From assembly GCA_963847185.1 (NCBI GenBank), contig CAWJYV010000008.1:864001-928000 (forward strand): a stretch of DNA of 64,000 bases, given 5' to 3'. The position numbers and the translations under genes were made by a program. The notes beneath the pieces were generated by a model, which saw only the letters and a program-made list of their open reading frames with translations, was not told the DNA's origin and ran no database searches. Below are positions 49,447 to 60,799 of this stretch, piece after piece. Source of the stretch: an uncultured Methanosarcinaceae archaeon (GTDB taxonomy: Archaea; Halobacteriota; Methanosarcinia; Methanosarcinales; Methanosarcinaceae). Each line of letters starts with the position of its first letter. Position 1 is the stretch's first letter.

Positions 49447-52056
49447 TTACCTTACAATTACAACAACAGCACCGCTAACTTCAAGCACGTCGACTTCTCT
49501 ACCTCCGGAGATTACTTCTTTTCTTATCTCCACTGTTTCTGGGTCGAGTTCGATTAACTCCTCGTTTACGGTAACTGCTATTTTTCCTGAGGCTGCCTGC
49601 GCTTCAATAGCTGCAGGATCTTCTGCTTTAAGAGCTTTTACAATCGTACCTGCGTCCTTCCTGAAGCGAGGTCCAAGAAGCCCCATATTGGGTTTAACTT
49701 CCACTGGCACGTATTCAAAGGACGGAGCTCCTTCCATCAACTCAACTTCTGAGTTTGTAGCGCCTGCAATGTCCCCAGTATCAATATTTGTATTGTATAT
49801 CTCGATTTTTTTCAGAGGGGCATTGAGGGCCATTCCAAGATCGGACTTGTACCTGCGGACTTCGCTCGTGATGCCTTTTATCAATTCTCCTGAGGCTTCG
49901 GCTTCTTCGCTTATTAGATTTTCATCTACTGCTGGCCAGGCCTGTGTGTGAACGCTTTCATTGCTGAACCTGGAATACAGCTCCTCTGCAAAGAAAGGTA
50001 TAAAAGGCGCAAGCAAAAGTGAGAGAGTTTTCATTGTCCTGTAGAGCACATACTGTGCTGCTCTCCTACCTGCCGGGTCGTCTCCATAGAGCCTGCCTTT
50101 TACAAGCTCCAGATAGTTGTCTGCAAGGATTTCCCAGGCAAAACCTCTGATGGTCTTGAAAGTAGAATCAAACTGGTATCCGTCAAGCTCTTTGGTGGCA
50201 GTGTCCACAAGCCTATTAAGCTTGCTAAGGAGCCATCTGTCGATTGTAAAGAGGGAATCAAGAGGGAAGTTTTCGACATCTTCAGGCTCAAAGTCCTTCA
50301 GGTGGGACATTGAGAAGCGGTAGATGCTCCACATCTTCTGGAGGAAACGGGAAGCTGAAACCACATCTTTCCAGCGGAACATTACGTCCGAACCTGTGGA
50401 GCCGCCGACTGCGCCCCACTGCCTGAAAGCGTCTGCACTGTACTGTGTGGTTACTTCTTCGGGGGAAATTACGTTTCCGAGAGATTTGCTCATCTTATGC
50501 CCGTCAGGCCCGAGAACCATCCCGTTAATCATTATGGAGTCCCAGGGCCTCTTTCCTTCAAGAGCCAGACTTCTCAGGATTGTATAAAAAGCCCAGGTTC
50601 TTATAATGTCGTGTCCCTGAGGCCTGATCTGCGCAGGCAGGCGGAGATCATGCTCACTTTCCCAGCCAGTGACATGTAATGCCGTAATCGAGGAATCCAT
50701 CCAGGTATCCAGCACATCGGTCTCGGGTTCAAATTCGGTTGAACCGCAGGCACAGGCTTTCTTTGGGGCAGCTTCATTCGGATCAATTGGAAGCCAGCTC
50801 TCTTCTGCAATCATTACTTCGCCGCACTGCTTGCAGTACCATATAGGGATAGGGGTTGCAAAGATTCTCTGCCTGGAAATGCACCAGTCCCATTCCATCG
50901 TGCCTGTCCAGTTCTGGAGCCTGACTTTCATATACTCAGGATACCAGTTAATCTCATCTGCAGCCTTCAGGATGCCCTCATGATTAATTTTGACGAACCA
51001 CTGGGGCTCGGAGAGAATTTCTATTGGGGTGTCACAGCGCCAGCAGAGCCCGACGTTCTGCTCCAGGGATTTCTGGTTATAGAGGAAGCCTGTGGCCTTA
51101 AGGTCCGAAATAACAGCCTGCCTGCACTCTGGAATGCTCATTCCTTCGTACTTACCTGCAGCTTTTGTCATCTTTCCCTGCTTATCGATTGCTTTTATAA
51201 GGGGAAGCCCGTACTTTGCCCACCAGCGTACGTCCTGCTTATCCCCAAAAGTACAGATCATAACTGCACCTGTACCGAACTCAGGCTCAACAGCTTCGTC
51301 GGCAATCAGAGTCACTTTCTGCCCGAAGATTGGGACTGTAATATCCTTTCCAATATTCTGGCTGTAGCGCTCGTCTTTGGGATTGACTGCAACTGCAACA
51401 CAGGCTGCCATCAGTTCAGGCCTGGTGGTCGCAATATCTACTTTGTCAAAGTGAACAAAGTTAAGTTTTGTTTGTCCCTGATCATACTCCACTTCTGCAA
51501 AAGCAATGGCAGTTTCACAGCGGGGGCACCAGTTGACAGGGTGATCCTCATGATATATGTGCCCTCCATTATACATTCTGACAAAAGACTTCTGTGTTTT
51601 TACGAAGTAAGAGGGCTCCATAGTGATGAATTCGTTACTCCAGTCCACAGAAAATCCAAGGCGCAGCATTGTTTTGCGCATTTTGTCGATGTTTCCTGCA
51701 GTTAGTTCCCTGCACATTCTCCTGAACTCTGCACGAGGGACCTGGTTTTTAGTTATCCCGTTAATTTCTTCGACCTTGACTTCAGTAGGCAGGCCGTGGC
51801 AGTCCCAGCCCTCAGGGAACATTACATTAAAACCGCGCATGCGTTTATATCGGGCAACAAAGTCAATATAACACCAGTTAAGTGCATTTCCGATATGGAA
51901 ATTGCCCGTAGGATAAGGAGGTGGGGTGTCGATAATATATTGGGGGCGTGTATCCTCTCCCCAATTGAAGTGATACATGGAGAGGTCCCACTTCTCCATC
52001 CACTTTTCTTCAATCTCATTTGCATTATATTCTTTTGGAATTTCCGATTCTGTCAT
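49447..52056 (-). CDS. valS: Valine--tRNA ligase
   Basis: [28 protein letters not shown]. Confidence 0.97.
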   Translation of the reverse strand: MTESEIPKEYNANEIEEKWMEKWDLSMYHFNWGEDTRPQYIIDTPPPYPTGNFHIGNALNWCYIDFVARYKRMRGFNVMFPEGWDCHGLPTEVKVEEINGITKNQVPRAEFRRMCRELTAGNIDKMRKTMLRLGFSVDWSNEFITMEPSYFVKTQKSFVRMYNGGHIYHEDHPVNWCPRCETAIAFAEVEYDQGQTKLNFVHFDKVDIATTRPELMAACVAVAVNPKDERYSQNIGKDITVPIFGQKVTLIADEAVEPEFGTGAVMICTFGDKQDVRWWAKYGLPLIKAIDKQGKMTKAAGKYEGMSIPECRQAVISDLKATGFLYNQKSLEQNVGLCWRCDTPIEILSEPQWFVKINHEGILKAADEINWYPEYMKVRLQNWTGTMEWDWCISRQRIFATPIPIWYCKQCGEVMIAEESWLPIDPNEAAPKKACACGSTEFEPETDVLDTWMDSSITALHVTGWESEHDLRLPAQIRPQGHDIIRTWAFYTILRSLALEGKRPWDSIMINGMVLGPDGHKMSKSLGNVISPEEVTTQYSADAFRQWGAVGGSTGSDVMFRWKDVVSASRFLQKMWSIYRFSMSHLKDFEPEDVENFPLDSLFTIDRWLLSKLNRLVDTATKELDGYQFDSTFKTIRGFAWEILADNYLELVKGRLYGDDPAGRRAAQYVLYRTMKTLSLLLAPFIPFFAEELYSRFSNESVHTQAWPAVDENLISEEAEASGELIKGITSEVRRYKSDLGMALNAPLKKIEIYNTNIDTGDIAGATNSEVELMEGAPSFEYVPVEVKPNMGLLGPRFRKDAGTIVKALKAEDPAAIEAQAASGKIAVTVNEELIELDPETVEIRKEVISGGREVDVLEVSGAVVVIVR

Positions 52057-52487
52057 AAAGACACTCCATGATTGGAAAATAGTGTAAGAATTTCTTGGGT
52101 TTTAGAGTGCTTGCGATTATTTAAATATATCTGGTTTTGGGTGGAATAGAAATTTCTACCTGTTCAGCTACTGTCAGAAGTATATATCTGGTTTCCACTG
52201 ATTTCATTTTTATCTGGAAAGCCAATCTTCAGAAAAGAACTTTTTTATCCATAGCTGAAATAGCTGTCAGTATTTCAGCGGACAAAAAGCTGTTGAAATA
52301 ATTATAAAAAAGAGTTTAAAGAATCTCATATTCTTTTAGTTTATGAAAATATTTTTTGGGAGTTGTCCACTTGAGTGAAAAAATAAAGTATATCAATATG
52401 GCATACGGTATTAAAATTATACAGACTGTCCCTTTATGCGCTGGTTTGTTATTTCAATTGTTTAAGTTTCGTTTGACTTTTAAATAA

Positions 52488-52853
52488 TTAGTTTGGCTCA
52501 GTAATCTTTTTCATTACATCCATTATTTCATCAGTCTCAAAAGGTTTTACTATGAAATCCATAGCACCTATTTTTATTAACTCCGTTATTATAGCCTGCT
52601 GCCCAAGAGAAGAACACATTACCACTTTTGCTTTAGGGTCCATAACAAGAAGTTTTTTCAATGCCTCTTTTCCATTCATTTTTGGCATAGTTATATCCAT
52701 TAACACGATTTCAGGCCTTATTTGAAGATACGTCTGGATTGCTTCTTCTCCATCAGCCGCTTCAGCAACCACTTCATGTCCATTTTCTATGAGAGTATCT
52801 CTGATTACCATTCTCATAAATTCGGTATCATCCACAATCATAACTCTTGTCAT
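52488..52853 (-). CDS. Orphan CheY-like response regulator
   Basis: VDD, MDITMP, CSSLGQ, KPF. Confidence 0.9.
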   Translation of the reverse strand: MTRVMIVDDTEFMRMVIRDTLIENGHEVVAEAADGEEAIQTYLQIRPEIVLMDITMPKMNGKEALKKLLVMDPKAKVVMCSSLGQQAIITELIKIGAMDFIVKPFETDEIMDVMKKITEPN

Positions 52854-52887
52854 TTATTTGCCTTCCTTTGTATTATGCTTCTTTTCT

Positions 52888-53541
52888 TTACGCATATCTC
52901 CAGGCATCCCGGATGTGCATTGCATTCATTCCGATACTCTGAGGTGGATAGATATCGTTTTCCGGCGTGTCTCCTATAGAGAGCACTTGCCAGGGCTCAA
53001 GCCCGAGACCGTCGAGAGCCATCTTGAAAAGCCGGGTGTCAGGTTTCTTGAAATAGTGATCCGAAGACATAATCGTGAAATTGAAGCGCTCATACAGACC
53101 CAGAAAACGCAGTTCCTGTTCAGTAAAAACTCTCTGGGCATTGGAAACAATGCATTTCGGAACATTTCTGTATTTTTCGAGCAGGCGGAGGCTCTGCGGG
53201 TAGGCTTCGAGTCTTCTTAACGATGCGGTTCTGAAGACTTTGGCCGTTTCAATCCCAAGCCAGTAGGGATCGACTTCTCTAAAGGCGTTTTCTGCACAGA
53301 TCTCCGCAAAAATCTCCTCTATGCGGATATCAGGATGCCGCTGTCCTGAGTTTCCAAGTCTGCCAACAACTTTCCATTTGTATGTTTCTCTGAGCCTTTC
53401 AGGTTCTATATTAACTCCCTGATAGAGTAACCATTTGCTTACTCTTTCGTTTGTTTCCCGGCTCCCCTCATCAGTTTTGATATTTATTAGGGTTTTATAG
53501 CAGTCAAAGATTAAGCCTTTAATTTTTCCATTCTGGAGCAT
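52888..53541 (-). CDS. HAD-superfamily hydrolase
   Basis: IFDCYKTL, VSNA, KKPD, IGDTPEND. Confidence 0.9.
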   Translation of the reverse strand: MLQNGKIKGLIFDCYKTLINIKTDEGSRETNERVSKWLLYQGVNIEPERLRETYKWKVVGRLGNSGQRHPDIRIEEIFAEICAENAFREVDPYWLGIETAKVFRTASLRRLEAYPQSLRLLEKYRNVPKCIVSNAQRVFTEQELRFLGLYERFNFTIMSSDHYFKKPDTRLFKMALDGLGLEPWQVLSIGDTPENDIYPPQSIGMNAMHIRDAWRYA

Positions 53542-54138
53542 AGGGATTCTCCTTTATTTTTTGAGTCTTGTATGAATTTGTGGATTATTCTATATCATTC
53601 CTCTATATCTATTGATAATATCTTTCAATTATATATGTATTCCGGAAATACTTGTATTTAGGTGTATATGTTCTATATATTTCTCTCAATCTATATGCTT
53701 GGCTTTTATTATCAATCCGAAACCTGATATCAAGGTCTTTGCTGTTTTAATGAAAATAGACAATAGAAAATACAAAAAATAACTTTTTTCATTTTCGTTA
53801 AGACCTTCAATATTTATTATCGATCTTTCTAGCAGTGGAATTTTTTAGATTAAAGGCCCTTAAAATCCTCATATAATAATACATTTTAAATTTTTGTATA
53901 TTTATTATTTTCTATAGAAAATAAGTAATGTTTATGGACTCAAAGGTCCATTTATCATATGGCCAATGAATTCCTTTAAAGAGCTCCGTTTATTGTAAGA
54001 TTCTTTCGGAAAAACAGAACCCGACCTCTTTTTTGGATCCGGAATCAGTCATCTAATTCAAATTGTAAGATCAGTTTAAAATTCTGGTTTAAAATTCTGA
54101 AGTAAAGATAAAATTTTAGGAAATTTATGGAGGTCTTT

Positions 54139-54390
54139 ATGTTACTTAGTATATCTTTCTCTGATATTTTTTCGAATTATCTCTACACGACCACACTCTC
54201 TAGCCTTCCTTCATATGGGATTTCAATTGTAGCTGGACTTATAGTACTTTTTTCTTTAAAGGAGATTCTTTCAGCCTCTGAAAAATGGGACAAAGAAACT
54301 AATAGTTCCTTTTATATTGCAATTATACCTTTACTTATTGTTTTTTTCGGAATCGTTGTTTTCAAAATTATTTCTTTCGTTCAATCCTGA
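54139..54390 (+). CDS. Small membrane protein (2 TM helices)
   Basis: GGAGGT RBS before ATG 54139; two hydrophobic helices. Confidence 0.65.
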   Translation: MLLSISFSDIFSNYLYTTTLSSLPSYGISIVAGLIVLFSLKEILSASEKWDKETNSSFYIAIIPLLIVFFGIVVFKIISFVQS

Positions 54391-54718
54391 GTTTTCGATT
54401 TTTTGTACTCTGAAATTTACCATTGTATCTTCTTTATTTTTATTGAATATAATCGATTTTACCTTTTCAAATTTAAGCTCCCTGCAGCTGATTCAGATCT
54501 ATTTCCCTTAAAGCTAAATATCTTTTTAGAGCCTTAATTGAAAAGTAAACCAGAAAGAATAATATAAAAACTCAAAGGCGCTTTTCAAAATAGAATTCAA
54601 AAAATCTTAAAATAGAATCCAAAAATCTCAAAAATGTTATTTAAAAAAGAAGTTACAAATCTCGAAAATTTCTCATTTATTAACAAAACGAAAAAGAAGA
54701 AATGATTTGTCTGTGGAA

Positions 54719-55486
54719 TCAGTCTGTAAAACCGAAATGTTTCCATGCCTCTTCAATGTTCATGGAACGCATTCCAAGTTTCTTTGCAGGGACTATCTCG
54801 TTTTCGTAGGAATCTCCTATTGACATTACACATTTGGGTTCAAGTTCCAGGTCCATCTTTTTAAGTGCAGTCATAAAAAGTCTGAGATCAGGTTTTTTAT
54901 ATCCTACATCCGATGAGAAAATCACAAAATCAAAATAGTCATAGAGACCGAGAAACCGGAGTTCAAGTTCTGAAAAAACCCTTTGCCCGTTGGAGATTAT
55001 GCACTTCGGGACATTTATAAAATGTTCAATTAACTTTATACTTTGAGGAAATGGCCGGAGTTTCCTCAGAGAAGCTACCCTAAAGACTCTTGAAGTCTCT
55101 ATCCCTAGATTTTCTTCATCTATTTTCCAGATAGCATTTTCCCTGCAAATTTCGGCAAAGATTTCCTCTACCTTAATTTCAGGGTATATTTCCATGGACA
55201 TGTCCATTCTATCCTTTACTTTAAGCATGTAAGTGTCCCATAGTTTTCGAGGCTCTATTTTAACTCCCTGGTAGGCAAGCCAAGCACTTACTACTTCGTA
55301 TGTTTCCAGGCTGTGTTCATCAGTGTGAATATCAATGAGAGTCTGGTAACAGTCAAATATAATCCCCTTTATCTGGCAACTCTCAAACTTTTCGTCTCTT
55401 TTGAGCTCAGGCTCAATGGCAGAAAGTTTAACTTCATCTTCGCCCGATTCGAATCCTAAGTTTTCGGAAATGCTTTTACCTCCCAT
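54719..55486 (-). CDS. HAD-superfamily hydrolase (paralogue of 52888-53541)
   Basis: IFDCYQTL, ISNG, KKPD, IGDSYENE. Confidence 0.9.
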   Translation of the reverse strand: MGGKSISENLGFESGEDEVKLSAIEPELKRDEKFESCQIKGIIFDCYQTLIDIHTDEHSLETYEVVSAWLAYQGVKIEPRKLWDTYMLKVKDRMDMSMEIYPEIKVEEIFAEICRENAIWKIDEENLGIETSRVFRVASLRKLRPFPQSIKLIEHFINVPKCIISNGQRVFSELELRFLGLYDYFDFVIFSSDVGYKKPDLRLFMTALKKMDLELEPKCVMSIGDSYENEIVPAKKLGMRSMNIEEAWKHFGFTD

Positions 55487-55505
55487 ATCCCCTTAATTTA
55501 ATATT

Positions 55506-56453
55506 TTATCTTTTATAAATAGCCATTAAGCACTCATGAGCCTCTTTAATCAGGTAATTCCTGTAGTTCCCCTGATGTAGCCTTGCCGAACGAAGAAGCC
55601 CTATGCCCATGAAAAAAGGTAAAATTCTCGTAATATATTTGAAATCTTTTTCATCCCTGCTATACTCCCAGAGGAAGTTACCTATATAGGGTTCGGCTTT
55701 CCAGTCTCCTCCTTTGTGCAGTTCAAACTCATTTTTAAGTTCCGCAGTAAGGATTCCCAGATCTCTTACAGGGTGCGCCTGGAGCCAGGAACTTTCAAAA
55801 TCGAGCGCATAGGGCTTGCCTTTGCAAAAGATATAATTGGAAGGAGTAACATCCCTGTGGATCATACAGCCATATTCCCTATCGAGCAAGGAACTGTACC
55901 ACCATTCTCCAAGCAATTTATTGAAAGGCTCTCTGGTGTCGTAGTCCAGTTTCAGATGGTCCAGAACCTCATGATAATTTCTGAATTCATTTTCTTTATT
56001 ATAGGAGGACTGGGTGTTATCGTGAAGCTGTCTGAGCATATGGGCAACGGAAGCAAGCCGCTCATAGAGTGTTTCTTCTCGCTTGAAGTACCAGCTAAGG
56101 GATTTCCCTGGTATGTGCTCGGTTACAAGGACACAATTAAACTTCTTATTTACTGCAAGGGGCTTTGCAACGTTTATTATGGAAGCTGCTTTTTCCAGGT
56201 TTCTGTATTCGTTCATCATACCTTTGTAGGGGTTATAATCTTTCAGTCGTCCGGTAGGTTCGGCAAAAAATTTTGCCATCACACTGAAATGTTCCCCCTT
56301 GAAATGATATCTGCAGACAGTATGGGAGGAATTGTATTTAAAGACATCAACATAACACTGCTTGTTCCTTATCCTATCTCCCACGACTTCTTCAACAAGC
56401 CAGTCCCTGAAAGGATCTCCAGGGTTTAAAACACTAATATGGCGACTTGCCAC
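55506..56453 (-). CDS. Aminoglycoside-phosphotransferase/choline-kinase-fold small-molecule kinase
   Basis: AKFF, HRDVTPSN (HxDxxxxN), LDFE, PVRDLG. Confidence 0.85.
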   Translation of the reverse strand: MASRHISVLNPGDPFRDWLVEEVVGDRIRNKQCYVDVFKYNSSHTVCRYHFKGEHFSVMAKFFAEPTGRLKDYNPYKGMMNEYRNLEKAASIINVAKPLAVNKKFNCVLVTEHIPGKSLSWYFKREETLYERLASVAHMLRQLHDNTQSSYNKENEFRNYHEVLDHLKLDYDTREPFNKLLGEWWYSSLLDREYGCMIHRDVTPSNYIFCKGKPYALDFESSWLQAHPVRDLGILTAELKNEFELHKGGDWKAEPYIGNFLWEYSRDEKDFKYITRILPFFMGIGLLRSARLHQGNYRNYLIKEAHECLMAIYKR

Positions 56454-56634
56454 CTTAAATTTCCCCCATTTTCCGGAAACGTTTCCACAATTGTATCATT
56501 TGCCCTGCAGTTTTATTTTTCATTTTGAAACTTTTCTTCAAAACTTCTCTTATAATAAAAAATGTAGTTGGAGACTATTTAACCTTCTCATTTATAATAC
56601 TGGTAGCAGTATACTATTGCTTGGATATATTATA

Positions 56635-57327
56635 TTATTGTTGGTGTTTAACTGTAAGAAGTTCCTCTTTTTCCTCAAAGGCCGGCCCTCCCACGTCAGC
56701 CCTGTTATTGTATCCTCTTTCCTCCCAGTATCCTTTATAAGGTGAGTCACTGAGTTCAATTCTTACTATCCACTTTGCCCATTTGTATCCATATTTGCCT
56801 TCGGCTACAAGCTGAAAAGGAAAACCTCTCTCCGGAGGCAGTGTTACGTCATTGAGCCGGTATGCAAGTATAATGTCGTTTTTCAATAAATAATCCACAT
56901 CAAGAGACGTGGAGTAACCATCAGCACTATGAAATATAACAGTTGTGGCGTTTCCGAAAGCTCCTGTTTCTGCAAAAAGGTCAGACATTTTCACCCCAGT
57001 CCACTTTGCAGTAAAGCTCCAGCCTTCCACGCAGATAAGATCCACAACTTTCGAAGTTTGAGGTAATCCGGTTATCTCTTCATAAGTGAAGTTTTGGGGA
57101 TTTTCTACAAGGCCGCCAACCTGAAGCCTGTAGCTCTCTCTATTAATATATTGTGTCCCTTTGACAGCATTATTCCGCTGTTGCGAAATCGGAGTTAGCT
57201 CTTGCCCCTGATAAGAAATAGTTTCGGTCTGGTTATCATACGTTTCTGGCTCGTCTTTTTCTGAAACGCAACCTGAGAGAGTAATAACAGCAAGAAAAAT
57301 GATCAGGAGTAAATGGATTGGTTTCAT
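56635..57327 (-). CDS. Sulfite-oxidase-family molybdopterin oxidoreductase, predicted lipoprotein
   Basis: Lipobox LSGC; DLICVEGWS, WTGV, GFPFQLV, YGYKWAKW, GYWEERGY. Confidence 0.88.
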   Translation of the reverse strand: MKPIHLLLIIFLAVITLSGCVSEKDEPETYDNQTETISYQGQELTPISQQRNNAVKGTQYINRESYRLQVGGLVENPQNFTYEEITGLPQTSKVVDLICVEGWSFTAKWTGVKMSDLFAETGAFGNATTVIFHSADGYSTSLDVDYLLKNDIILAYRLNDVTLPPERGFPFQLVAEGKYGYKWAKWIVRIELSDSPYKGYWEERGYNNRADVGGPAFEEKEELLTVKHQQ

Positions 57328-57601
57328 GTATTATTCTGCCTCTCATTCTTTTTCTTACTATCAATTTTTCCCTGTACTTTTTCTCTTCAAATTAAATATG
57401 TACTCGGCCTGAATAAATGGATATTTATAAAAGAAAATAATGGAGTAATACCAATAAAAGAAGAACAAGAAAGCAGGTAACTGGCAGGAGAGCTAAGTTC
57501 TGGAAAAGATAGTATACAAAAAGTAGCTAAAATGTTATAATGCGAAATAAAGAAAAGAAATTGTGAGTAAAGAACCGGAATTAAATAAAGCCTGAGAAAT
57601 C

Positions 57602-58801
57602 TCAGGCCTCATAGTATCCGATTTCTTCTTTTGTAAGGTAGCACGCAGGGTCATCTGCCCAGACGTCTCCATATACGGCCTCTGCCCGAACCCTGAAGTT
57701 CCCATTGCAGACATCAAGCCATTTGCATCTGTCACATCGGTCTCCGTGGGCTTTAATCAGGGGTTTTCGATCTTTAAGCCCGCCCATCAGTTCGTCGCTG
57801 AGATCGTTCCAGATTTCACTGAAAGGGCGTTCCCTTATATTTCCAAAAGAGTAATGTCTCCAGAACTGATCGGCATGTACCGAGCCATCCCAGGATATGC
57901 ATCCTATCCCTATTCCTGAGGAATTGCCCTGGTTCATAGAAAGGAGTTCGAAGACCTCTGCAGCTCTTTCCGGGTTTTCTTTAAGGAGCTTCATATACAG
58001 GTAGGGGCCGTCGCAGTGATTATCCACGGTCAGGACTTCAGCAGGAAAACCTTTTTCGTGCAATTTTCTTGTCTTTTCCAGAATCAGATCCACAGCCTGC
58101 CTGGACTCATCGAGGGAGAGGTCTTCACTTACCATTTTAGATCCTCTGCCTGCATAGACCAGGTGGTAGAAACATATCCTTGGAATTTTTTCTTCTTCAA
58201 GAAGATCAAAGATTGCAGGGATATCTTTGACGTTTTGTTTGTTGATGGTAAAACGGAGGCCCACCTTTATGCCTTCTTCCTGGCAGTTGTGCAGGCCTTT
58301 AAGAGCTGCATCGAATGCGCCTTTTACACCCCTGAACCTGTCATTTGTCTCTCTTACTCCATCCAGAGAAACTCCAACGTAAGAAAGCCCGACATCCTTT
58401 AACTTTTTCGCCATATCCCTGTCTATAAGGGTTCCGTTTGTGGAAATTACAGCCCTCATTCCTTTTTCGCGGGCATATGCTGCAAGTTCGGGAAGGTCTT
58501 TTCTCATGGTCGGTTCCCCTCCTGAAAAAAGAATTACCGGACTTCCGAATTTTGCAAGGTCATCAATAAGAGCTTTACCTTCTTCGGTCGAAAGCTCGTT
58601 TTCAGATTCGATGTCCTTTGCCTGGGCATAGCAATGGACGCATTTCAGGTTGCAGCGGCGCGTCATATTCCAGACTACAACTGGCTTTTTGTCTTTTGAA
58701 AACTGCAGCAAGTGAGAGGGGAGCCTTTTTGACTCCCTTCCATAGCGGAGAGCATCGGAAGGTTCCACGGTCCCGCAGTAAAGTTTTGAGATCCCTATCA
58801 T
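57602..58801 (-). CDS. ahbC: 12,18-didecarboxysiroheme deacetylase (radical SAM, alternative heme biosynthesis)
   Basis: MIGISKLYCG N-terminus, CNLKCVHC, SPASM-type tail; in an operon with hemD and cobA. Confidence 0.9.
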   Translation of the reverse strand: MIGISKLYCGTVEPSDALRYGRESKRLPSHLLQFSKDKKPVVVWNMTRRCNLKCVHCYAQAKDIESENELSTEEGKALIDDLAKFGSPVILFSGGEPTMRKDLPELAAYAREKGMRAVISTNGTLIDRDMAKKLKDVGLSYVGVSLDGVRETNDRFRGVKGAFDAALKGLHNCQEEGIKVGLRFTINKQNVKDIPAIFDLLEEEKIPRICFYHLVYAGRGSKMVSEDLSLDESRQAVDLILEKTRKLHEKGFPAEVLTVDNHCDGPYLYMKLLKENPERAAEVFELLSMNQGNSSGIGIGCISWDGSVHADQFWRHYSFGNIRERPFSEIWNDLSDELMGGLKDRKPLIKAHGDRCDRCKWLDVCNGNFRVRAEAVYGDVWADDPACYLTKEEIGYYEA

Positions 58802-58818
58802 GTCTATCCTTCAAAATT

Positions 58819-59610
58819 TCAAAGTCGGCTCTTTATAGCTTTTAACAGTGCTTCGAAAGTGAATTCATCGGGAATCACATCTACGTTGACCCCATGTTTC
58901 TTCAGCGTGTTTCCAGTCGGAGTCCCTATGGCTCCTACAACTGCTCTGCTAAGAGCCTCTTTCATTGTTTTCTCGGCTCCCAAATTCTCAGCATGCTTTA
59001 CAAACCCTTTAACCATCATTGAACTTGTAAAGGCAAAAGCATTAACTTCTCCTGTAAGGGTGCGCTCTATCAGTTCTTTCTGTACTGCCCCTTCAGGAAT
59101 GCTTAGAGTGTAAACATGAGTCTCATAAACCGTAGCTCCGCATTTTTCGAGCCCTTCAATTAAAATTTTGGCTCCATAAGCGCTCCTTGCAAGGTCTACT
59201 ATTTTTCCTTTTACTTCGGGGCAGAGAGCCTCTACAATACCTTCGGAACTGTAGTCTCCTGGCAAAAAGGGGTTTTCAATCCCTATTTTTATGAGTTCTT
59301 TTTCGGTATTAGGGCCGATTGCTATTACTCTGCTTTTTTTCAGAGCTGTGATAAAGTTTTCTTTTTCGGTTTCCGAGAGCTTATCCAGAGTAAAACTTAT
59401 TCCGTTTGCACTGGTAAAAACTACATAATCGGAAGTTCCGGAAAGGACTCGGCTTACAAAGGGTTCAAACCCTTCGTCTTTCATACCTTCGAGTCTTATC
59501 ATGGGAGCATATAAAGGCTCAAAGCCATAATCTCTGGCAATAGCTTCTGATTTTTCCCTGTAACTTTCCGGCCTCATTATTGCAAGGACAGGTCTCTTCT
59601 CTTCTACCAT
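58819..59610 (-). CDS. hemD: Uroporphyrinogen-III synthase
   Basis: IMRP, FTSANG, AIGPNT, FTSS, AIGTPT. Confidence 0.92.
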   Translation of the reverse strand: MVEEKRPVLAIMRPESYREKSEAIARDYGFEPLYAPMIRLEGMKDEGFEPFVSRVLSGTSDYVVFTSANGISFTLDKLSETEKENFITALKKSRVIAIGPNTEKELIKIGIENPFLPGDYSSEGIVEALCPEVKGKIVDLARSAYGAKILIEGLEKCGATVYETHVYTLSIPEGAVQKELIERTLTGEVNAFAFTSSMMVKGFVKHAENLGAEKTMKEALSRAVVGAIGTPTGNTLKKHGVNVDVIPDEFTFEALLKAIKSRL

Positions 59611-59646
59611 ATTCCCTTCTCCTACTATTATCTGATTTTCCGGCGG

Positions 59647-60417
59647 TTAAAAAAAGTCTGCTCCTGTCTTCTGTTCTCCTAGAATCCTGTGCAGGTTGAC
59701 CACATCTCCTATAACTGTAATTGCAGGAGCCTTTACTTTTCGCTCTTCTGCCAGGCTGGCAATGTTTTCAAGGGTTCCTACTGTTACTCTCTGGTCGGGT
59801 CGGGTTCCTCTCTCAATAACTGCAACCGGGGTTTTCGGATTCTTGCCGTATTTAATAAGTTCCTCGACATTCCTTTTGAGCATTTTTACGCCCATAAAGA
59901 TCACAAGAGTTCCCTCGAATTTCGCAAGGGTTTCCCAGTCAAGCCCGCTTTCTTCCTTTGTGGGATCCTCATGCCCTGTTATGAATGTGACCATTGATGT
60001 GTTTTCCCTGTGGGTTATAGGAATTCCGGCATAGGCAGGCACTGCAATTGCAGAAGTTATTCCTGGCACGATTTCAAATTCTATACCTTCAGCTACAAGC
60101 ACCTCAGCTTCTTCTCCTCCCCTTCCGAATACATAGGGATCTCCACCTTTCAACCGGACCACCATCTTTCCTTCTTTTGCTTTCTGCACAAGCATCTCAT
60201 TGATTTCGGATTGGGTCATTGTATGGTTTCCGGCGTATTTTCCAACATCGATTTTTTCCGCACTTTCCGGCATGGAGCCCAGTATCGCTTTTCCAGGAAG
60301 CTGGTCGTAGACAATAACTTCTGCACTGTCTATTAGCCGTCGGGCTTTCAGAGTAAGGAGTTCGGGGTCTCCTGGACCAGAACCCACAAGATAAACTTTT
60401 CCGTAATTTCCTGACAT
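59647..60417 (-). CDS. cobA: Uroporphyrinogen-III C-methyltransferase (SUMT)
   Basis: VYLVGSGPGDPELLT, RLKGGDPYVFGRGGEE, GIPITHR. Confidence 0.95.
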   Translation of the reverse strand: MSGNYGKVYLVGSGPGDPELLTLKARRLIDSAEVIVYDQLPGKAILGSMPESAEKIDVGKYAGNHTMTQSEINEMLVQKAKEGKMVVRLKGGDPYVFGRGGEEAEVLVAEGIEFEIVPGITSAIAVPAYAGIPITHRENTSMVTFITGHEDPTKEESGLDWETLAKFEGTLVIFMGVKMLKRNVEELIKYGKNPKTPVAVIERGTRPDQRVTVGTLENIASLAEERKVKAPAITVIGDVVNLHRILGEQKTGADFF

Positions 60418-60799
60418 ATGATGAGATTCCTTTATGATTTTTGGATAAAAATGTGTAATCTGGAGAAGGTTAACGAGTTTTTAGAATATATAATATGCTG
60501 AAAATAGAGCCAAAAGTATGCATTTGAGTTATTCATTTTGTAAATCCTGAACTCTTGACTTTTTTGTGTTCTCTTCTAAAGCTGTACAATCTATTTTTTC
60601 GTTATGTTGAAATTGAGAATTGATGGTAGATAATCAGGAATAGTCATCCTGAGCTTTATTTCATAATAAATCTATATGATTACTCAATTTTTCTATATAC
60701 TCATTTTTATTTATCTTCTCTAATTCATTTGGTGTATATATAATTAAATACTTATCAAAGTTTCGACATTTCAGTCAGGGATTTCAATACAATTTTGGG

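Noticed and set aside
50980-51705. 241-aa ORF antisense to valS
   Set aside because: Shadow ORF of a conserved gene; no motifs or RBS
55716-56429. 237-aa ORF antisense to the kinase
   Set aside because: Shadow ORF; the minus-strand frame carries the recognisable motifs
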